Positions 36,067 through 48,765 of a stretch of DNA of 64,000 nucleotides are shown piece by piece. The stretch is from IMG/VR virus record IMGVR_UViG_3300032223_002232, positions 1-64,000 of that record; one strand, 5' to 3'. The notes under the pieces are model-generated. The model did not search any database. It had not been told where the DNA came from and was given only the letters and a program-made list of their open reading frames with translations. The position numbers and the translations under genes are program-made. Source of the stretch: a virus. Position 1 is the first letter of the stretch. Each line of letters opens with the position of its first letter.

Positions 36067-39000
36067 TTACCAGCTGAGTGTCGCACCATTAAGCGCATAT
36101 GGTCTTGTTATTGAACCTTCATTTGTTAATGAAACCGAACCAAGACCTTCAGTTGAGAATCCTGCTCTACCACCTACGCCTAATGCACCAGATTGAGCAA
36201 ACAATTGAACACCATTTACACCTGTTGCACCAAACCAATTACCATAACCACCCACGCTACCATATTGATCATTTGCTGCATTAAGTCCAGATCCAGTAGC
36301 TGCCCATCCAACAGGTGCTACTGTTGGTGATGATTCTACATAATTTCCAAGTGTTGGATTATTAATTTCCCATGCGAAGAAGTTGCCATTAACATTTTCT
36401 GTAGAAGTATTAGCAACATACCATGATCTACCATTAAATGTATATGTTGATGTTGGAGTCATTACGCCGCCTGCGCCCATACCCCATCCACCAGTTCCTC
36501 CAGCTGCTCTATATGTATATCCATTGACCTGTGATGTTGTTGTTTTTGATGTACATGTACCGTTGAGGCAGAATGACCAACAACTTCTCAATGTATGACC
36601 TGAGCAATATCCAAAGATACTGAATCCACCATCGCAACCACAAGAGCATCCACCACCTGTCATGTCTTGTCCATTACATGTTCCACATGATGAACCTCTA
36701 CTTCGACATGTACAGCCAAAAAGAAAATAAGGACATGTTGTTATTGTAGTTTGGATTGTATTTGTTGATTGCCAGTTAATACCAGCACCACCACCACCAC
36801 CGCCGCCGCCAGCATAGATTCTATTATAGTTAATGAGTGTAATTGGAATATCACTGTATATACATGTTCCACCCGGAGTACCACTACCACCTGCTGATAC
36901 AACTGTACTTGGTGTTGTTGAAGCTGCGCCTGTTGGTGCACCACCAGCACCACCAACACTATGAGCACCATATATGTTACCTAAATTGTAAATCTTAATC
37001 GTAGTTAATCCACTTGGGAAACCATTTTGTGGTGTATTGTTACTGGTTAAGATTGACATAGCAGGACATGGACCTGCTGCTTTATTTGTTAATACTCTAG
37101 CATTTGCCCAAGGTGAAGGTGCTACAGCTTGAGTTTGACTATTACCACCTGCATTACTTGAGTAAATTGTCACACCGTATGGAATAATAACTGTTAAGTT
37201 AAGTGCATTTGTACCATTCCACGTTGAATTCTTTCTAACATATTGGTAAAGATCAAGTTGATCTTGATCAGTTGGAATTGTTAAAGTTAAATTATATGTA
37301 CTACTCTGACCTTGGAAATATGGTGCAGCAATAAATTCTTCATTACTGAATACATAATTTCCACTTGCTGGTGCTGGTGGTGGAACTGGAGGTGTTCCAC
37401 CAGTTGTACCTCCACCGCCTGATGCTGGAGGTGTAGCTGCTGGTGTTTGTGAAAGTGCTGGTGTCTGTGTTACAGGATTTGAAGGTGTTTGTGTTACAGG
37501 ATTTGAAGGTGTTTGTGTTACAGGATTTGAAGGTGTTTGTGTAAATGTAGGAGTTGGTGTGTTGTAATTTGATGGTGTAACCGTCTTTGTCATCGTAGGC
37601 GTTACAGACGGTGTATTTGGTGGTGTTGTTGGTGTTACAGTTGGTGTGATTGTTGGTGTAACAGATGGTGTATTTACTGGTGTTCTTGTGACTGTTGGAG
37701 TTACAGTTGAAGATGGTGTATTTGTTGGTGTGATTGTAGATGTATTTGTAAGCGTAATTGTCGGACTGTTTGTAGGTGTATTTGTAGGTGTATTTGTAGG
37801 TGTATTTGTAGGTGTTGCTGTTGGTGATGATGTTGCACCCGGAGTTACAGTTGGTGTTGCCGTTTGTGAATTTGTAGGTGTAACTGTCTTTGTAGGAGTA
37901 TTTGTTGGTGTAGTTGTTGGTGTAACAGTAACCGTTGATGTAACTGTTAACGTTACAGATGGAGTAACACTATTAGTTATAGTTGGCGTTACGGTATTTG
38001 TAGGAGTATTTGTAGGAGTATTTGTAGGTGTAACTGTAGGCGTTACGGTTGGTGTATTTGTAGGAGTTGATGTTGCGCCAGATGTTTGTGTTGCTGTAAC
38101 GGTAGATGTTACTGTAGGAGTTGTTGTAGGAGTTGTTGTAGGAGTTACAGTTGGTGTTACGGTCGGAGTATTTGTAGGCGTTACTGTTGCCGTAACAGTT
38201 GGTGTGTTTGTTGGTGTAGCAGTTGGTGATGATGTTGCAGCAGGTGTATTTGTTGATGTTACGGTTACAGTAACAGTTGGTGTGACTGTTGGTGTATTTG
38301 TAGGAGTTACAGTAGGTGTTGTTGTTGGGGTTACCGTAGGAGTATTTGTAGGCGTTACTGTAGGTGTATTTGTTGGTGTTACAGTTGGTGTTGATGTTGC
38401 ACCAGATGATTGTGTTACAGTAACCGTCACAGTTACAGTTGGTGTATTTGTAGATGTAACTGTTGGTGTATTTGTAGGAGTTACAGTTGGTGTATTTGTC
38501 GGCGTTACAGTTGGTGTATTTGTTGGAGTATTTGTAGGTGTTACGGTTGGTGTTGATGTTGCACCAGATGATTGTGTTACTGTAACTGTAGTTGTAACGG
38601 TTGGGGTGTTTGTAGGTGTAACTGTTGGAGTAACAGTAGGAGTAACTGTTGGAGTAACTGTTGGAGTAGTTGTAGGTGTTACGGTAGGAGTAGTTGTAGG
38701 TGTTATTGTAGGTGTAACGGTTGCCGTGTTTGTAGGAGTAACTGTTGGGGTTGCAAATTGTGTTTTTGTTACAGTTACAGTTGTTGTTGATGTAACTGTA
38801 GTTGTAACGGTTGGGGTGTTTGTAGGTGTAACTGTTGGAGTAACTGTAGGAGTTACTGTTGGTGTAACTGTAGGAGTATTTGTTGGTGTTACTGATGTTG
38901 TTATTGTTGGCGTTACAGTTGGTGTTGCTGTTGGTGTGGATGTTGCACCAGATGTCGGTGATACTGTTACTGTTGTTGTAACTGTCGTTGTTGGTGTAAT

Positions 39001-42000
39001 TGTAGGAGTTGGTGTATTTGTAGGAGTTACAGTTGGTGTATTTGTAGGAGTTACGGTAGCAGAATTTGTAGGTGTTAATGAATTGGTTGGTGTAACTGTT
39101 TGAGTAGTTGTTGGTGTTATTGTTGGTGTAATTGTCGCTGTTACTGTTGGTGTGGATGTTGCCGTTGGTGATGATGTTGCGCCCGGAGTTACGGAAACAG
39201 TAGGAGTTATTGTTGTTGTTGGTGTGATCGTTGCTGAATTTGTTATTGTTGGTGTAATTGTCGGCGTAGCTGTAATAGTAGGTGTTATAGTCGGCGTTGG
39301 TGTTATTGTATTGGTTGGTGTTCTTGTGGGGGTTACAGTAGTTGTAACAGTTGATGTAATTGTTGGAGTGATTGATGGCGTATTTGTAATTGTTGCAGTA
39401 ACAGATGGTGTTGGTGTACTTGTTATTGTTGATGTTATTGTTGGGGTTGGGGTTGCCGTTGGTGTAGGAGATCCAAGCGGTGTTCTTGTGACTGTTATAG
39501 TTGGCGTAACTGTGTTTGTTGGTGTTATCGTTGCAGTCTGTGTTACTGTTGGTGTAACAGTTACAGTATTTGTAGGTGTGAGTGTTGGTGTTACGGAACT
39601 TGTTGGTGTATTGGTTGGTGTTATTGTTGATGTTACAGTTGGTGTTATAGTTGCAGTAACTGTAGTTGTGGGTGTAACTGTAGGTGTTGATGATGCCGCT
39701 GGTGTATTTGTAGGTGTGACGGTTGCTGTAACTGTTGATGTTACAGTTGGTGTGTTTGTTGGACTATTTGTAGGAGTAATAGTCTGAGTATTTGTTTGTG
39801 TAACAGTAGGTGTATTTGTAGATGTTGGTGTATTTGTTGGTGTTATAGTAGGAGTTTTTGTAACTGTAGCTGTTTGTGTATTTGTAGGAGTAATTGTTGG
39901 TGTAACCGTTACAGAAACAGTTGGTGTATTTGTAGGAGTTGAGGATGCTGCTGGTGTATTTGTCGGTGTTACAGTTGGTGTGTTTGTTGGACTTACAGTT
40001 GGTGTGTTTGTAGGTGTAACTGTTTGACTATTTGTCGGTGTATTTGTAGGAGTGTTTGTAGGAGTTACAGTTTGTGTTTTTGTAACTGTAGCTGTGACTG
40101 TAGGTGTGATAGTAGGTGTTACTGTATTTGTAGGAGTATTTGTAGGAGTTACGGTTGGAGAGTTTGTGGGTGTATTTGTTGGCGTAACTGTTACAGATGC
40201 TGTTGGAGTATTTGTAGGTGTTGATGATGCCGCTGGTGTTTGAGATTGTGTTACTGTTACAGTAACGGTTGGTGATACTGTTGGTGTAATTGTTGCAGTA
40301 ACAGATGGTGTAGGTGTTATCGTCACACTTGTTGTAGGTGTGATTGTTGGAGTATTTGTAGGTGTGAATGTAGGCGTTACAGTTACGGTATTTGTAGGAG
40401 TTACCGTTGCTGTAGTTGTTGGAGTAATTGTTGGTGTAACCGTTACAGATACCGTTGGAGTAATTGTTGGAGTTGAAGATGCCGCTGGTGTGTTTGTAGG
40501 AGTATTGGTCTGTGTATTTGTAGGAGTATTTGTAGGGGTGTTTGTAGGAGTTACAGTTTGTGTTTTTGTAATTGTTGGAGTAACTGTTACAGTGTTTGTT
40601 GGTGTTACTGATTTTGTTGGTGTTACAGTTTGTGTAACGGTTACAGTATTTGTTGGTGTTACGGTAGGAGTTACTGTTGATGTTGGTGTAATTGTCGCTG
40701 TTACTGTTGGTGTTACAGTTGGTGTTGAAGATGCAGCTGGTGTGTTCGTAGGTGTTACAGTAACAGTCGATGTATTTGTTGGAGTTGCCGTTGATGTTAC
40801 AGTTGGAGTTGGAGTGTTTGTAGGTGTAACTGTTGGAGTAACAGTTGGAGTTACTGTTGTTGTTTTTGTAACCGTAACCGTAGGTGTAATAGTTGCTGTA
40901 TTTGTAGGAGTATTTGTTGGTGTAACTGTTATTGTAACAGTTGGAGTTACTGATGCAGCTGGTGTTTGTGTTTGTGTAACAGTTGGTGTAATTGTTGGAG
41001 TGATTGTTGGTGTCTTTGTAACCGTAACTGTAGGTGTAGCTGTGCGAGTTGTTGTAGTGGTTATAGTTGGCGATACTGTTGGGGTAATCGTCGGTGTTAA
41101 TGTTGGCGTTCTTGTTGGTGTAGCAGTAGGCTTTGGTGTTTGTTCAAAAACAGGAACATCAGAATTGGCTAATTTAATTGTTGTAGCACCTCCACTATAA
41201 TAATTTAAAGTGTATTTAGAGTTACTATCTAATGGTGAATATAATGAATAAAATGCATTATATGGTGCTATTTGAAATGGTGCACAATAATTGCTAAGTG
41301 TTGAATTACTATTATCAGCTTTATTGTTAACTAATTGATTTTTAAATGTACTACTGAATATATATCCTGAAATATCTATTGTAGAATTATTTAAGAAAAC
41401 ATAATTTGGATTATTTTGATTACTATAATTTAAACTAATTACATATGAATAATCATATGTAGTTGATTTATTAGAAGTTAAATTAAATGTCCAAGTTGTA
41501 AGACCAAATCTATATGGCGTTACTATATTAAAAGATCTTTCAAAATTTAAAAATTGGAAATTTGTATTATTATAATTTAAAAATAAACGTCTATAAGTTT
41601 GATTATTTGAATCATCAATTGCAAGTGAACTTAATGTAAAATTAGTGCCTCTAAAAATTTGATCATTTAAAGTTAAATCGGTATTGGCTCCAATATTATA
41701 AAAAGATCTGGCTGTAAAATTACCATCAAATATTATTGATGCATTTAAATTACTACCATTACCAATTTCGGTATTTGTATTATAATCTAAAAATATAATT
41801 TTATTAAAATTACCAATGTTTTCTGTATTAATAAAACCTCTACTATGATAGGTCGGATTTACTCTATCAGAATTACCAATAATAGACAATCCGTAACCGG
41901 GATAATAATCAGGACCAGATGCACCTTGTATTAATTTCCAAGCTGTAGTATTCCAAGTTGCTGTACTTAAAAAGTATGGATCAGTTTGATTAATACCACA

Positions 42001-43668
42001 AACATATAATTTTGCATTTGAATATGCATCAATAGCACCATATGCATAGGTAGATGTACCAAGCATTGCTATTGTTATGTTTTGGATATTGGTTACGCCA
42101 GAATAAAAAATTAAAGCTGTTGAATCAAGAGCATTTGTATCAAACTCAAAACATAAATTTTTTAAATTTAAAGTTGTTTTTGGATGATGTGAAAATGAAA
42201 TTTGCCTTGCAAAAATTGGGTTGTTTCCATTTGAATAACAATCAATCCAATTTGATGCATTTGTTCCAAAATCTGAAAATTTTAAATTGTTATCAAAACT
42301 AATATACGTTCTAGTAGTTATTTTTCTTGGTGATATATTAAAAGGTTTTTTATCGGTATATACTGGAATAAAATTATTAGTTAAAAGGTTTGTTATGAGT
42401 TCTCCAATTTCATACATACCCAAAATTTCTACAGATAAGAAATCTAAATTAGATAAACTGAAATATGAAAATCCACCAGTTAAAGGAACACCTTTGTTTT
42501 TAGCCCAAATAAAATCACCACCTTTAATTCCTTGTGCATATAAATCTGGTTGATTAGCCTTCATCCAGTTTTCACTGAAATAAGCTGATGAAAGATTTCC
42601 ATTAAATGTACAACCAGAATAAGTTCCATCGTTTTTTGAATTATCTTCACCACAAACTAAATCATCATATATTAAAATTTTTAAAGAATTGCCAAATAGA
42701 TTATTATTTGAAACATAATCTAATACAGCTTTTATATTTTTAAAGAATGGTTTTGCTACACCAAAATCATCATTATGATCATGATCCCAAGCTGAACTTG
42801 TTTGTGATCTCACTACACTAATATTATCAGTAGATTGACTATCAGATGGTTTTACACCAAAAATATAATCGTTTTGATTTACTAGTGATAATTTATTTGC
42901 ATAATTATATTTTAAATTTGAAGATGTATCTAATGCAATATTAGCATATAGTTTATCACCATATAAATTTCCACCAATTGTTAAATTTTGATCTACATTT
43001 ATATCATTAGCTGTTAATTTATTAAATTTAGTAAATTGCGCAGAAACATAAGATGTATTTGTATTATTGTTTAGATATAAATTATTAACATATAAATTAT
43101 TTGATTGAATTTCAAAATTAATAGAACTTAAAATTTGATTATGAGTTAAAGACGTACTAGTTATATTGTTATATATTGTAGAAAGTAAATTTATAGTTGT
43201 GGTATTAATTGTATCACCAATTAATGTATTAAATGTTGCATTTGTATTTGAAGATATATTAGGTACAAAAGTTATACCGTTTGGATATCTTACATTTAAA
43301 CTTAAATTACCAACAAGATTATTACCTGTAATGGATGGTATATATGCATCTATAATTCCAACACTACCATTAATATCAAAATTAAAAATTGGATCTACTT
43401 TATTATAACCTATTTTATTGTTTTTAAGAATTAATGTATCATTAGATGTGAAAACTCTAGAGTTCTTATAAGATGAACTTATCCCAATTGTTAAGAAATA
43501 ATAAGTCTGTTCAGCTTGTGCAGTAGTATATGATAAAGGTAAACCTAAACAAGGTTCAACTGAATCAAGAGTTATAAACCCATAATTATAGGCATTACTA
43601 TTAATATCCGAAGCCGTTAAAGGCTTAAGAGGAAATAATTGTGTCAATGGAGTTAATGATATATCCAT
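36067..43668 (-). CDS. Giant fibre-like protein: ~840-aa N-terminal domain, ~1250-aa Thr/Pro mucin-like stalk, Gly- and Cys-rich C-terminal head (start likely ATG 43668)
   Basis: N-terminal domain colinear with 43733-46249; continuous TPTVTPTN-type repeats; AAGGGAG just upstream of the ATG. Confidence 0.85.
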   Translation of the reverse strand: MDISLTPLTQLFPLKPLTASDINSNAYNYGFITLDSVEPCLGLPLSYTTAQAEQTYYFLTIGISSSYKNSRVFTSNDTLILKNNKIGYNKVDPIFNFDINGSVGIIDAYIPSITGNNLVGNLSLNVRYPNGITFVPNISSNTNATFNTLIGDTINTTTINLLSTIYNNITSTSLTHNQILSSINFEIQSNNLYVNNLYLNNNTNTSYVSAQFTKFNKLTANDINVDQNLTIGGNLYGDKLYANIALDTSSNLKYNYANKLSLVNQNDYIFGVKPSDSQSTDNISVVRSQTSSAWDHDHNDDFGVAKPFFKNIKAVLDYVSNNNLFGNSLKILIYDDLVCGEDNSKNDGTYSGCTFNGNLSSAYFSENWMKANQPDLYAQGIKGGDFIWAKNKGVPLTGGFSYFSLSNLDFLSVEILGMYEIGELITNLLTNNFIPVYTDKKPFNISPRKITTRTYISFDNNLKFSDFGTNASNWIDCYSNGNNPIFARQISFSHHPKTTLNLKNLCFEFDTNALDSTALIFYSGVTNIQNITIAMLGTSTYAYGAIDAYSNAKLYVCGINQTDPYFLSTATWNTTAWKLIQGASGPDYYPGYGLSIIGNSDRVNPTYHSRGFINTENIGNFNKIIFLDYNTNTEIGNGSNLNASIIFDGNFTARSFYNIGANTDLTLNDQIFRGTNFTLSSLAIDDSNNQTYRRLFLNYNNTNFQFLNFERSFNIVTPYRFGLTTWTFNLTSNKSTTYDYSYVISLNYSNQNNPNYVFLNNSTIDISGYIFSSTFKNQLVNNKADNSNSTLSNYCAPFQIAPYNAFYSLYSPLDSNSKYTLNYYSGGATTIKLANSDVPVFEQTPKPTATPTRTPTLTPTITPTVSPTITTTTTRTATPTVTVTKTPTITPTITPTVTQTQTPAASVTPTVTITVTPTNTPTNTATITPTVTVTKTTTVTPTVTPTVTPTNTPTPTVTSTATPTNTSTVTVTPTNTPAASSTPTVTPTVTATITPTSTVTPTVTPTNTVTVTQTVTPTKSVTPTNTVTVTPTITKTQTVTPTNTPTNTPTNTQTNTPTNTPAASSTPTITPTVSVTVTPTITPTTTATVTPTNTVTVTPTFTPTNTPTITPTTSVTITPTPSVTATITPTVSPTVTVTVTQSQTPAASSTPTNTPTASVTVTPTNTPTNSPTVTPTNTPTNTVTPTITPTVTATVTKTQTVTPTNTPTNTPTNSQTVTPTNTPTVSPTNTPTVTPTNTPAASSTPTNTPTVSVTVTPTITPTNTQTATVTKTPTITPTNTPTSTNTPTVTQTNTQTITPTNSPTNTPTVTSTVTATVTPTNTPAASSTPTVTPTTTVTATITPTVTSTITPTNTPTSSVTPTLTPTNTVTVTPTVTQTATITPTNTVTPTITVTRTPLGSPTPTATPTPTITSTITSTPTPSVTATITNTPSITPTITSTVTTTVTPTRTPTNTITPTPTITPTITATPTITPTITNSATITPTTTITPTVSVTPGATSSPTATSTPTVTATITPTITPTTTQTVTPTNSLTPTNSATVTPTNTPTVTPTNTPTPTITPTTTVTTTVTVSPTSGATSTPTATPTVTPTITTSVTPTNTPTVTPTVTPTVTPTVTPTNTPTVTTTVTSTTTVTVTKTQFATPTVTPTNTATVTPTITPTTTPTVTPTTTPTVTPTVTPTVTPTVTPTNTPTVTTTVTVTQSSGATSTPTVTPTNTPTNTPTVTPTNTPTVTPTNTPTVTSTNTPTVTVTVTVTQSSGATSTPTVTPTNTPTVTPTNTPTVTPTTTPTVTPTNTPTVTPTVTVTVTSTNTPAATSSPTATPTNTPTVTATVTPTNTPTVTPTVTPTTTPTTTPTVTSTVTATQTSGATSTPTNTPTVTPTVTPTNTPTNTPTNTVTPTITNSVTPSVTLTVTSTVTVTPTTTPTNTPTKTVTPTNSQTATPTVTPGATSSPTATPTNTPTNTPTNTPTNSPTITLTNTSTITPTNTPSSTVTPTVTRTPVNTPSVTPTITPTVTPTTPPNTPSVTPTMTKTVTPSNYNTPTPTFTQTPSNPVTQTPSNPVTQTPSNPVTQTPALSQTPAATPPASGGGGTTGGTPPVPPPAPASGNYVFSNEEFIAAPYFQGQSSTYNLTLTIPTDQDQLDLYQYVRKNSTWNGTNALNLTVIIPYGVTIYSSNAGGNSQTQAVAPSPWANARVLTNKAAGPCPAMSILTSNNTPQNGFPSGLTTIKIYNLGNIYGAHSVGGAGGAPTGAASTTPSTVVSAGGSGTPGGTCIYSDIPITLINYNRIYAGGGGGGGGAGINWQSTNTIQTTITTCPYFLFGCTCRSRGSSCGTCNGQDMTGGGCSCGCDGGFSIFGYCSGHTLRSCWSFCLNGTCTSKTTTSQVNGYTYRAAGGTGGWGMGAGGVMTPTSTYTFNGRSWYVANTSTENVNGNFFAWEINNPTLGNYVESSPTVAPVGWAATGSGLNAANDQYGSVGGYGNWFGATGVNGVQLFAQSGALGVGGRAGFSTEGLGSVSLTNEGSITRPYALNGATLSW
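37430..41140 (-). repeat. Low-complexity coding repeat (TPT[V/N/I])n, including a perfect 3x24-nt tandem repeat at 37466-37537 (TQTPSNPV)
   Basis: Read directly from the sequence; synonymous codons vary between units. Confidence 0.95.
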
Positions 43669-43732
43669 AATCAACTCCCTTAACTTGGCTCATTTTGCCA
43701 TTTTAAAAATATTTTTAATAAAAATGCATTCA

Positions 43733-46249
43733 TTACCTAGTACTTTGTGTATAAAAATTTAGTGTATAATTTGTGTTTGTTTGATTAGTTGGACTATTTA
43801 AATTAAATATTCCATACTCATTAAAATTTTTGATACCATATATACTCGTGTAATAAATTTTATCATTAGTATTGAAGTTACTATTTTGTAAGAAATTAAT
43901 ATGACCCAAAGAATTTACAGAATTTGTTAATGATATATAAGATGGTGCATGTGTATCAAAAAATGTATAATAAGAATCATATACATTATTATAAACATTA
44001 AGGTATGTGTTATAATTTGTACCCTGAACTGAATCCTGTAATCTGAAACTCCAACTTGCAAATATATTGCTTATTGGTGTAAATGATGCAAATGAACCAT
44101 TAAAATTTAAATATTTGAAATTCAAATTATAATTTGATATTTCAATTTGATATGATGCATTTGTATTTTTATTATTATATATGATATATTTTGAACTTAA
44201 TCCAAATCCAGTTGTTTTGAATAAATTTTGTTGTAATGATACAGATGATCTATTGTCAAGATTAAACAAACAATTAGCATAAAAATTACCATCAAGTATA
44301 ATACTGCTTTGTATTAAAGAATAATGACCAATCTCTCTACTAGCAGCACTATAATCAATTAATGTTAATTTACCACCATCTCTTACGTTAATCAGACCTG
44401 TATATGGTTGTGCTTCTGTATAGTTTACAATTGTTCCAGTTTGATCTGCGGGATTTCCTACAATCGCTAAACCATAACCCGGATAATAATTTGGATCATT
44501 GAACCCATAACCTGTTGACCATGTATTCCAATTTTTATTACCATAAATGTTAGTTGTTAAATAATAAGGATCTAAAAGATTATTACCACAAATATTAATT
44601 GTTGCGAGTTCAGATTCGACGTTTAATGCACCATATGTGTATATACCATTACCTAATAAAGCAACAGTAATATTTGAGAGGTTATTATTACCATTGTAAA
44701 ATACTAAACCTGATGAATCTATTGAATTTGTATAAATTTCAAAACATAAATTGTTTATTGATAAATTTACAAGCTGCGATTGGTTAAATTGAATTGGGCG
44801 ACCTATGACTGAAGATTTTGTATAAACATCAGTCCATGTATTATAATCAGTACCGTAAAAATTATTAAATGGAACGGCTGAATTTGAACAAATATATGTT
44901 CTGCATGTTATTTTTCTTGGAGCAAAATTAAATGGTCTCCATGTTGAATAATATTTTGTTAAATCATTGTTTACATATGTACCAAGTTCATATCTACCTT
45001 GTATGTTGATATTATTAAATTTTAATGGGTATAAATTAATATAAAAATATTCTCCACTTATATCTGCACTATTATTTTTAGGCCAAATGAAATCGCCGCC
45101 TTTTATTCCAGAATAATATAAATCTGGATATACAGCTTGTAGATATTCTGAACTATAAAAAGCAGAAGATATATTACCAGTATATGAACAACCTGAATAA
45201 GAACCACTACTATCAGATGTCCATGCATTTGCTTTATTCTCACCAGCTACAATATCCTCATCAACCCATATTGTTAAGTTATTACCAAAAATACCATTAG
45301 TGTAGATGTAATCTATAACAGGTTGAATATTTTTAAAATAAGGTTTTAATGTATTTGAATCGGTTGATACACCATCAGTAGGACCATTTATTGTTCTTGC
45401 TATGTTTATATCATCGGTGGAATAACTATCTGATGGTCTAATTACGAAATAATAATTTTTATTTGTAGATACACTTAATTGATTTTGATTATTGTAATAT
45501 AAAGGTGATGATTCATCTATTGCAATTTTACCATAAAAATTATTAGCATAGATATCGTTTTTAACATTAACATCATTATTAACTGTAATTTTAGTTGAAG
45601 ATACTTGACCAATAAATGAATTATTCGAACTTAAATTTTGTGTTGTTAATTTATTAGAACTATATACATTATTAGCAGTTAAATTTGCTGTTATGCTTAC
45701 GTCATTTGTTGCATATAAAGAATTTAATATATATGTGCTTACATTTTTTGTTATATAATTAAAAATACCAGCATTTAAACTAAATGTAGTAATATTGTTA
45801 GCAGTTAATTTATTAGTATATGTAGTTGCATTAAAATAAACATCACTGTTAAAACTAACACCCTTTGCATAATTAACAACAAGAGTATCATTACCATATA
45901 GGTTAGATGCATTTAAGTTTGTTATATAAGCATCAGATGCTCTAAGATTACCACTAATATCAACATTATATGTTGGATTTGGGTTATTAATACCCAATTT
46001 TTTATTTCTGATTATTAATGAATCATTACCACTAAATTTTCTAGAATTTAAATAAGAATTGGCTATTCCAAATACTGGAAAATAATATGATGAATTACTT
46101 TCAAATAATGAATAACCAGTAGGGAGTCCTAGACTAGGTTCAACTGCACCAATTTCAATATACCCTGTATTATAAGCAGTACTATTAACATTGTAATCCA
46201 GCGGATTCAGTCTATACCTATTACCTACTGATGGAGGACTCGTTGACAT
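43733..46249 (-). CDS. Fibre/structural protein, stalk-less paralogue of 36067-43668
   Basis: Matching blocks: VEP(S/C)LGLP, KP(Y/F)[29 protein letters not shown](F/Y)Y. Confidence 0.85.
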   Translation of the reverse strand: MSTSPPSVGNRYRLNPLDYNVNSTAYNTGYIEIGAVEPSLGLPTGYSLFESNSSYYFPVFGIANSYLNSRKFSGNDSLIIRNKKLGINNPNPTYNVDISGNLRASDAYITNLNASNLYGNDTLVVNYAKGVSFNSDVYFNATTYTNKLTANNITTFSLNAGIFNYITKNVSTYILNSLYATNDVSITANLTANNVYSSNKLTTQNLSSNNSFIGQVSSTKITVNNDVNVKNDIYANNFYGKIAIDESSPLYYNNQNQLSVSTNKNYYFVIRPSDSYSTDDINIARTINGPTDGVSTDSNTLKPYFKNIQPVIDYIYTNGIFGNNLTIWVDEDIVAGENKANAWTSDSSGSYSGCSYTGNISSAFYSSEYLQAVYPDLYYSGIKGGDFIWPKNNSADISGEYFYINLYPLKFNNINIQGRYELGTYVNNDLTKYYSTWRPFNFAPRKITCRTYICSNSAVPFNNFYGTDYNTWTDVYTKSSVIGRPIQFNQSQLVNLSINNLCFEIYTNSIDSSGLVFYNGNNNLSNITVALLGNGIYTYGALNVESELATINICGNNLLDPYYLTTNIYGNKNWNTWSTGYGFNDPNYYPGYGLAIVGNPADQTGTIVNYTEAQPYTGLINVRDGGKLTLIDYSAASREIGHYSLIQSSIILDGNFYANCLFNLDNRSSVSLQQNLFKTTGFGLSSKYIIYNNKNTNASYQIEISNYNLNFKYLNFNGSFASFTPISNIFASWSFRLQDSVQGTNYNTYLNVYNNVYDSYYTFFDTHAPSYISLTNSVNSLGHINFLQNSNFNTNDKIYYTSIYGIKNFNEYGIFNLNSPTNQTNTNYTLNFYTQSTR

Positions 46250-46264
46250 AGGATTACAAACTGA

Positions 46265-46633
46265 TTAGTATGGTGTATTAACTGTTTCTAATATAGATAA
46301 TGTTATATTAATTTTATTATTATTAGCGGCAGATACGATAAAATTATCGTAAGCTTGTAAAACCAATTTATTAACTACGATGTTTACAGTGTCGTTTGGT
46401 GGTAATTGGAATCCTTGGAGTATGCTAATTGATGGTGATGCTTGTACATCCCCACCGGGACTAGCTGTGGTTGATAATGCAGCATTTACTGTTTGTGCTG
46501 TGCTATCAGTATTTGTAGCTAATGCTGAGATTATTATACCTGCTCGTTGGAACGGTGTGGTGTATATCGACGTTGGTGTAGTTGTCACCGCTGTTGATAT
46601 TCTTTTGAAGTAATTTAAGGGTATTTTTGCCAT
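46265..46633 (-). CDS. Small T4-like virion structural protein
   Basis: IYTTP...AGII...ATN, KLVL...D and LSILET pattern; TATAAATA at 46640-46647. Confidence 0.65.
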   Translation of the reverse strand: MAKIPLNYFKRISTAVTTTPTSIYTTPFQRAGIIISALATNTDSTAQTVNAALSTTASPGGDVQASPSISILQGFQLPPNDTVNIVVNKLVLQAYDNFIVSAANNNKINITLSILETVNTPY

Positions 46634-46653
46634 ATTCTATATTTATACTTATT

Positions 46654-48723
46654 TTACTCAAGTACAATATTAAGTGGTGTAACCAAGGTTAAAATCGCTC
46701 TTTTGAACGTATCACCATCAATTGTTCCTGTGCTTTGTAAAATTTTGAAACTTGGACCTACTTTAAAGTCACCTAATTCGTTTGAACTTGTATAGAACAC
46801 GATTCCGGGTAAATTTGTATTAATTTCAGATATAGGTGCTCCTGTAGTGTCAAATGTTATATTGCCATATGTATCTAATACATAATTTGGCACACCTGCA
46901 TCAAAAATTGCTTCTGTGTTGTTATTAGCAACACCACCATTAGCTGGAATAGCCCAATACATTCTAGTACCAGTTCCCATGTATTCAAATGTATGAGAAC
47001 CTGTTTCGATCATACTTCTTGCATAAAACTTCATAGGAGCATTTGTGAAATCAAGACCTCTTAAATTTGTTAAATCTAATGGAATATTAAAATTTAATAA
47101 TATATCATATGCGTTATTAAGACCGCCTGTATAATTTTTCTTTGGTGTAATCTCAACAAAGAACAGCTTTGGTTCTGGTTTACCATTTAATGATATATCA
47201 CTATCTAAAATATAACCACCTGTAGGTTGACCATTCCAAGGATTGTCATCACCAATAGTAAAACACATATTTGTATATGGGAAACTTGCAACCGATTGAG
47301 TATTACCAAAATTGTCAGGATTAATTTGTAATGTAGATACATTGTTAACTGTGAATAAGTTACCAGCTGGTATATAACCATATGGTGGTACATTACCACT
47401 ATATGTATTTGGATCAGGAGCCATTGTAAATGTACCCTGTAAGATTGGTGTAGGTGATTTACCTCTGGCTATTAAGCCTGATAAACCAAATGTTGAATTT
47501 GATGTACTAATTGAACAGCTTCCACCAGTTTCGCAAACAACACCTTCTTTTGTTGCAACGGTAAAGATACTAACAAACTGAGCATAACCATGATTTTTGA
47601 TAACAATACCTCTACCACCTTGGTTAACTTGTGTGAATGAGTCAAGAACCATACTTCTGATATAACCATCAACTAAACTACCATCAATTCTCATACCTGT
47701 ACCTGCATTATTTGAACCTGTACCATATGTTCCTGTATTTGGATCAATTGAACCCTTATCAACAAGTGCTAAATTATCTGGTACAGAATATGACGTACAA
47801 CCCTGTACATATGGACTTGTGTAAATGGTTGGTCTAAGATTAGGAACAATTGCTGGATTAATTTCATAACCAGCGGTATTGTAAGCTATATTATATTGTG
47901 TTTGGGTTTCTGTTGTAACTGTAGCATTTGAAACTGGAAATGCTATAGCAGCTGAACCACCAACAATATCTTCAACTTCTTTTGTTATCTGTGTGTATGT
48001 TCCAGTATTTGAATCATAAGATACATCCACTACATTTCTTGTTTGAACAATGCTCTTATGACCTCTAAAAGTAAATCCCCAAATATAACAAGCACTACTA
48101 ACCCAGAACATGTCATTATATGCATATGTTGAATCATAAGGTCTAATTGTTGTTCTTCTTAAATTGTCACCAATCATTGATGTATTTGGTGGAAGATAAA
48201 TTGGTGTCTTTTCTGCATAATCACCAGAACGAACCATGATTGTGTATTGTTTCTTAGTTTGTGGTGGTGGTAAGAAATCTGCACCACCAGCGGTAGCTGC
48301 TGCTTCTAATGCCATAGCATCGGAAATAGCCTTTGCTGCTCTTTTAATTGTTCTAAATGGTAATTCTTCGTTTCTACCTCTTGTTGGTGAGTCAATTGTA
48401 TCACTAGCATTTACGTTATCAGATGATACATAATAAACTTCATTTATTACTGGACCATGTTTGTTAATATAATCTAATAGGGTTTGAACTGTTAAATTCT
48501 GTGTTGTGCCATTTGATCCTTGAGATATAGGCATTAAACTTGTAGAATCAATACTAGTTGTACTATCAAGTTGTGGTAATGAGTGAGAAAGAAAATCTAA
48601 AGGATGAACTTTTCTAGTAATATCTTGCTCAAGTACTAATAAATTATTTTTAACATCTATTGGTACTGCTGGTGATGCGTCCTGTCCACCTAAAGGTAAT
48701 TCGGGTATTCTGATGTAAGCCAT
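46654..48723 (-). CDS. Tail fibre/spike-like protein, probable beta-helix, resembling T4-like cyanomyovirus structural proteins
   Basis: YYVS, PFRTIKRA, SGDYAE..P, IGDNLRRT.IRP, SPYVQGCTS, DSFTQVNQGG, FYTSSNELGDFKVG; TATAAATA at 48730-48737. Confidence 0.75.
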   Translation of the reverse strand: MAYIRIPELPLGGQDASPAVPIDVKNNLLVLEQDITRKVHPLDFLSHSLPQLDSTTSIDSTSLMPISQGSNGTTQNLTVQTLLDYINKHGPVINEVYYVSSDNVNASDTIDSPTRGRNEELPFRTIKRAAKAISDAMALEAAATAGGADFLPPPQTKKQYTIMVRSGDYAEKTPIYLPPNTSMIGDNLRRTTIRPYDSTYAYNDMFWVSSACYIWGFTFRGHKSIVQTRNVVDVSYDSNTGTYTQITKEVEDIVGGSAAIAFPVSNATVTTETQTQYNIAYNTAGYEINPAIVPNLRPTIYTSPYVQGCTSYSVPDNLALVDKGSIDPNTGTYGTGSNNAGTGMRIDGSLVDGYIRSMVLDSFTQVNQGGRGIVIKNHGYAQFVSIFTVATKEGVVCETGGSCSISTSNSTFGLSGLIARGKSPTPILQGTFTMAPDPNTYSGNVPPYGYIPAGNLFTVNNVSTLQINPDNFGNTQSVASFPYTNMCFTIGDDNPWNGQPTGGYILDSDISLNGKPEPKLFFVEITPKKNYTGGLNNAYDILLNFNIPLDLTNLRGLDFTNAPMKFYARSMIETGSHTFEYMGTGTRMYWAIPANGGVANNNTEAIFDAGVPNYVLDTYGNITFDTTGAPISEINTNLPGIVFYTSSNELGDFKVGPSFKILQSTGTIDGDTFKRAILTLVTPLNIVLE

Positions 48724-48765
48724 TTTTAATATTTATACTAAAGAGCTTACAATTTTAATTATAAT

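Noticed and set aside
37646-41200. Long plus-strand Val/Gly-rich ORFs (485, 211, 286 aa and others)
   Set aside because: Antisense shadows of the Thr/Pro repeat; complements of ACN/CCN/GTN codons rarely produce stops
15179-43668. Eukaryotic or giant-virus (NCLDV) origin suggested by GT17/GT60/RCC1/mucin content
   Set aside because: sigma70 promoters, T4-type late boxes, coupled operons and myovirus-like fibre proteins point to a bacteriophage; no hallmark core gene is in this window, so the assignment remains inferential
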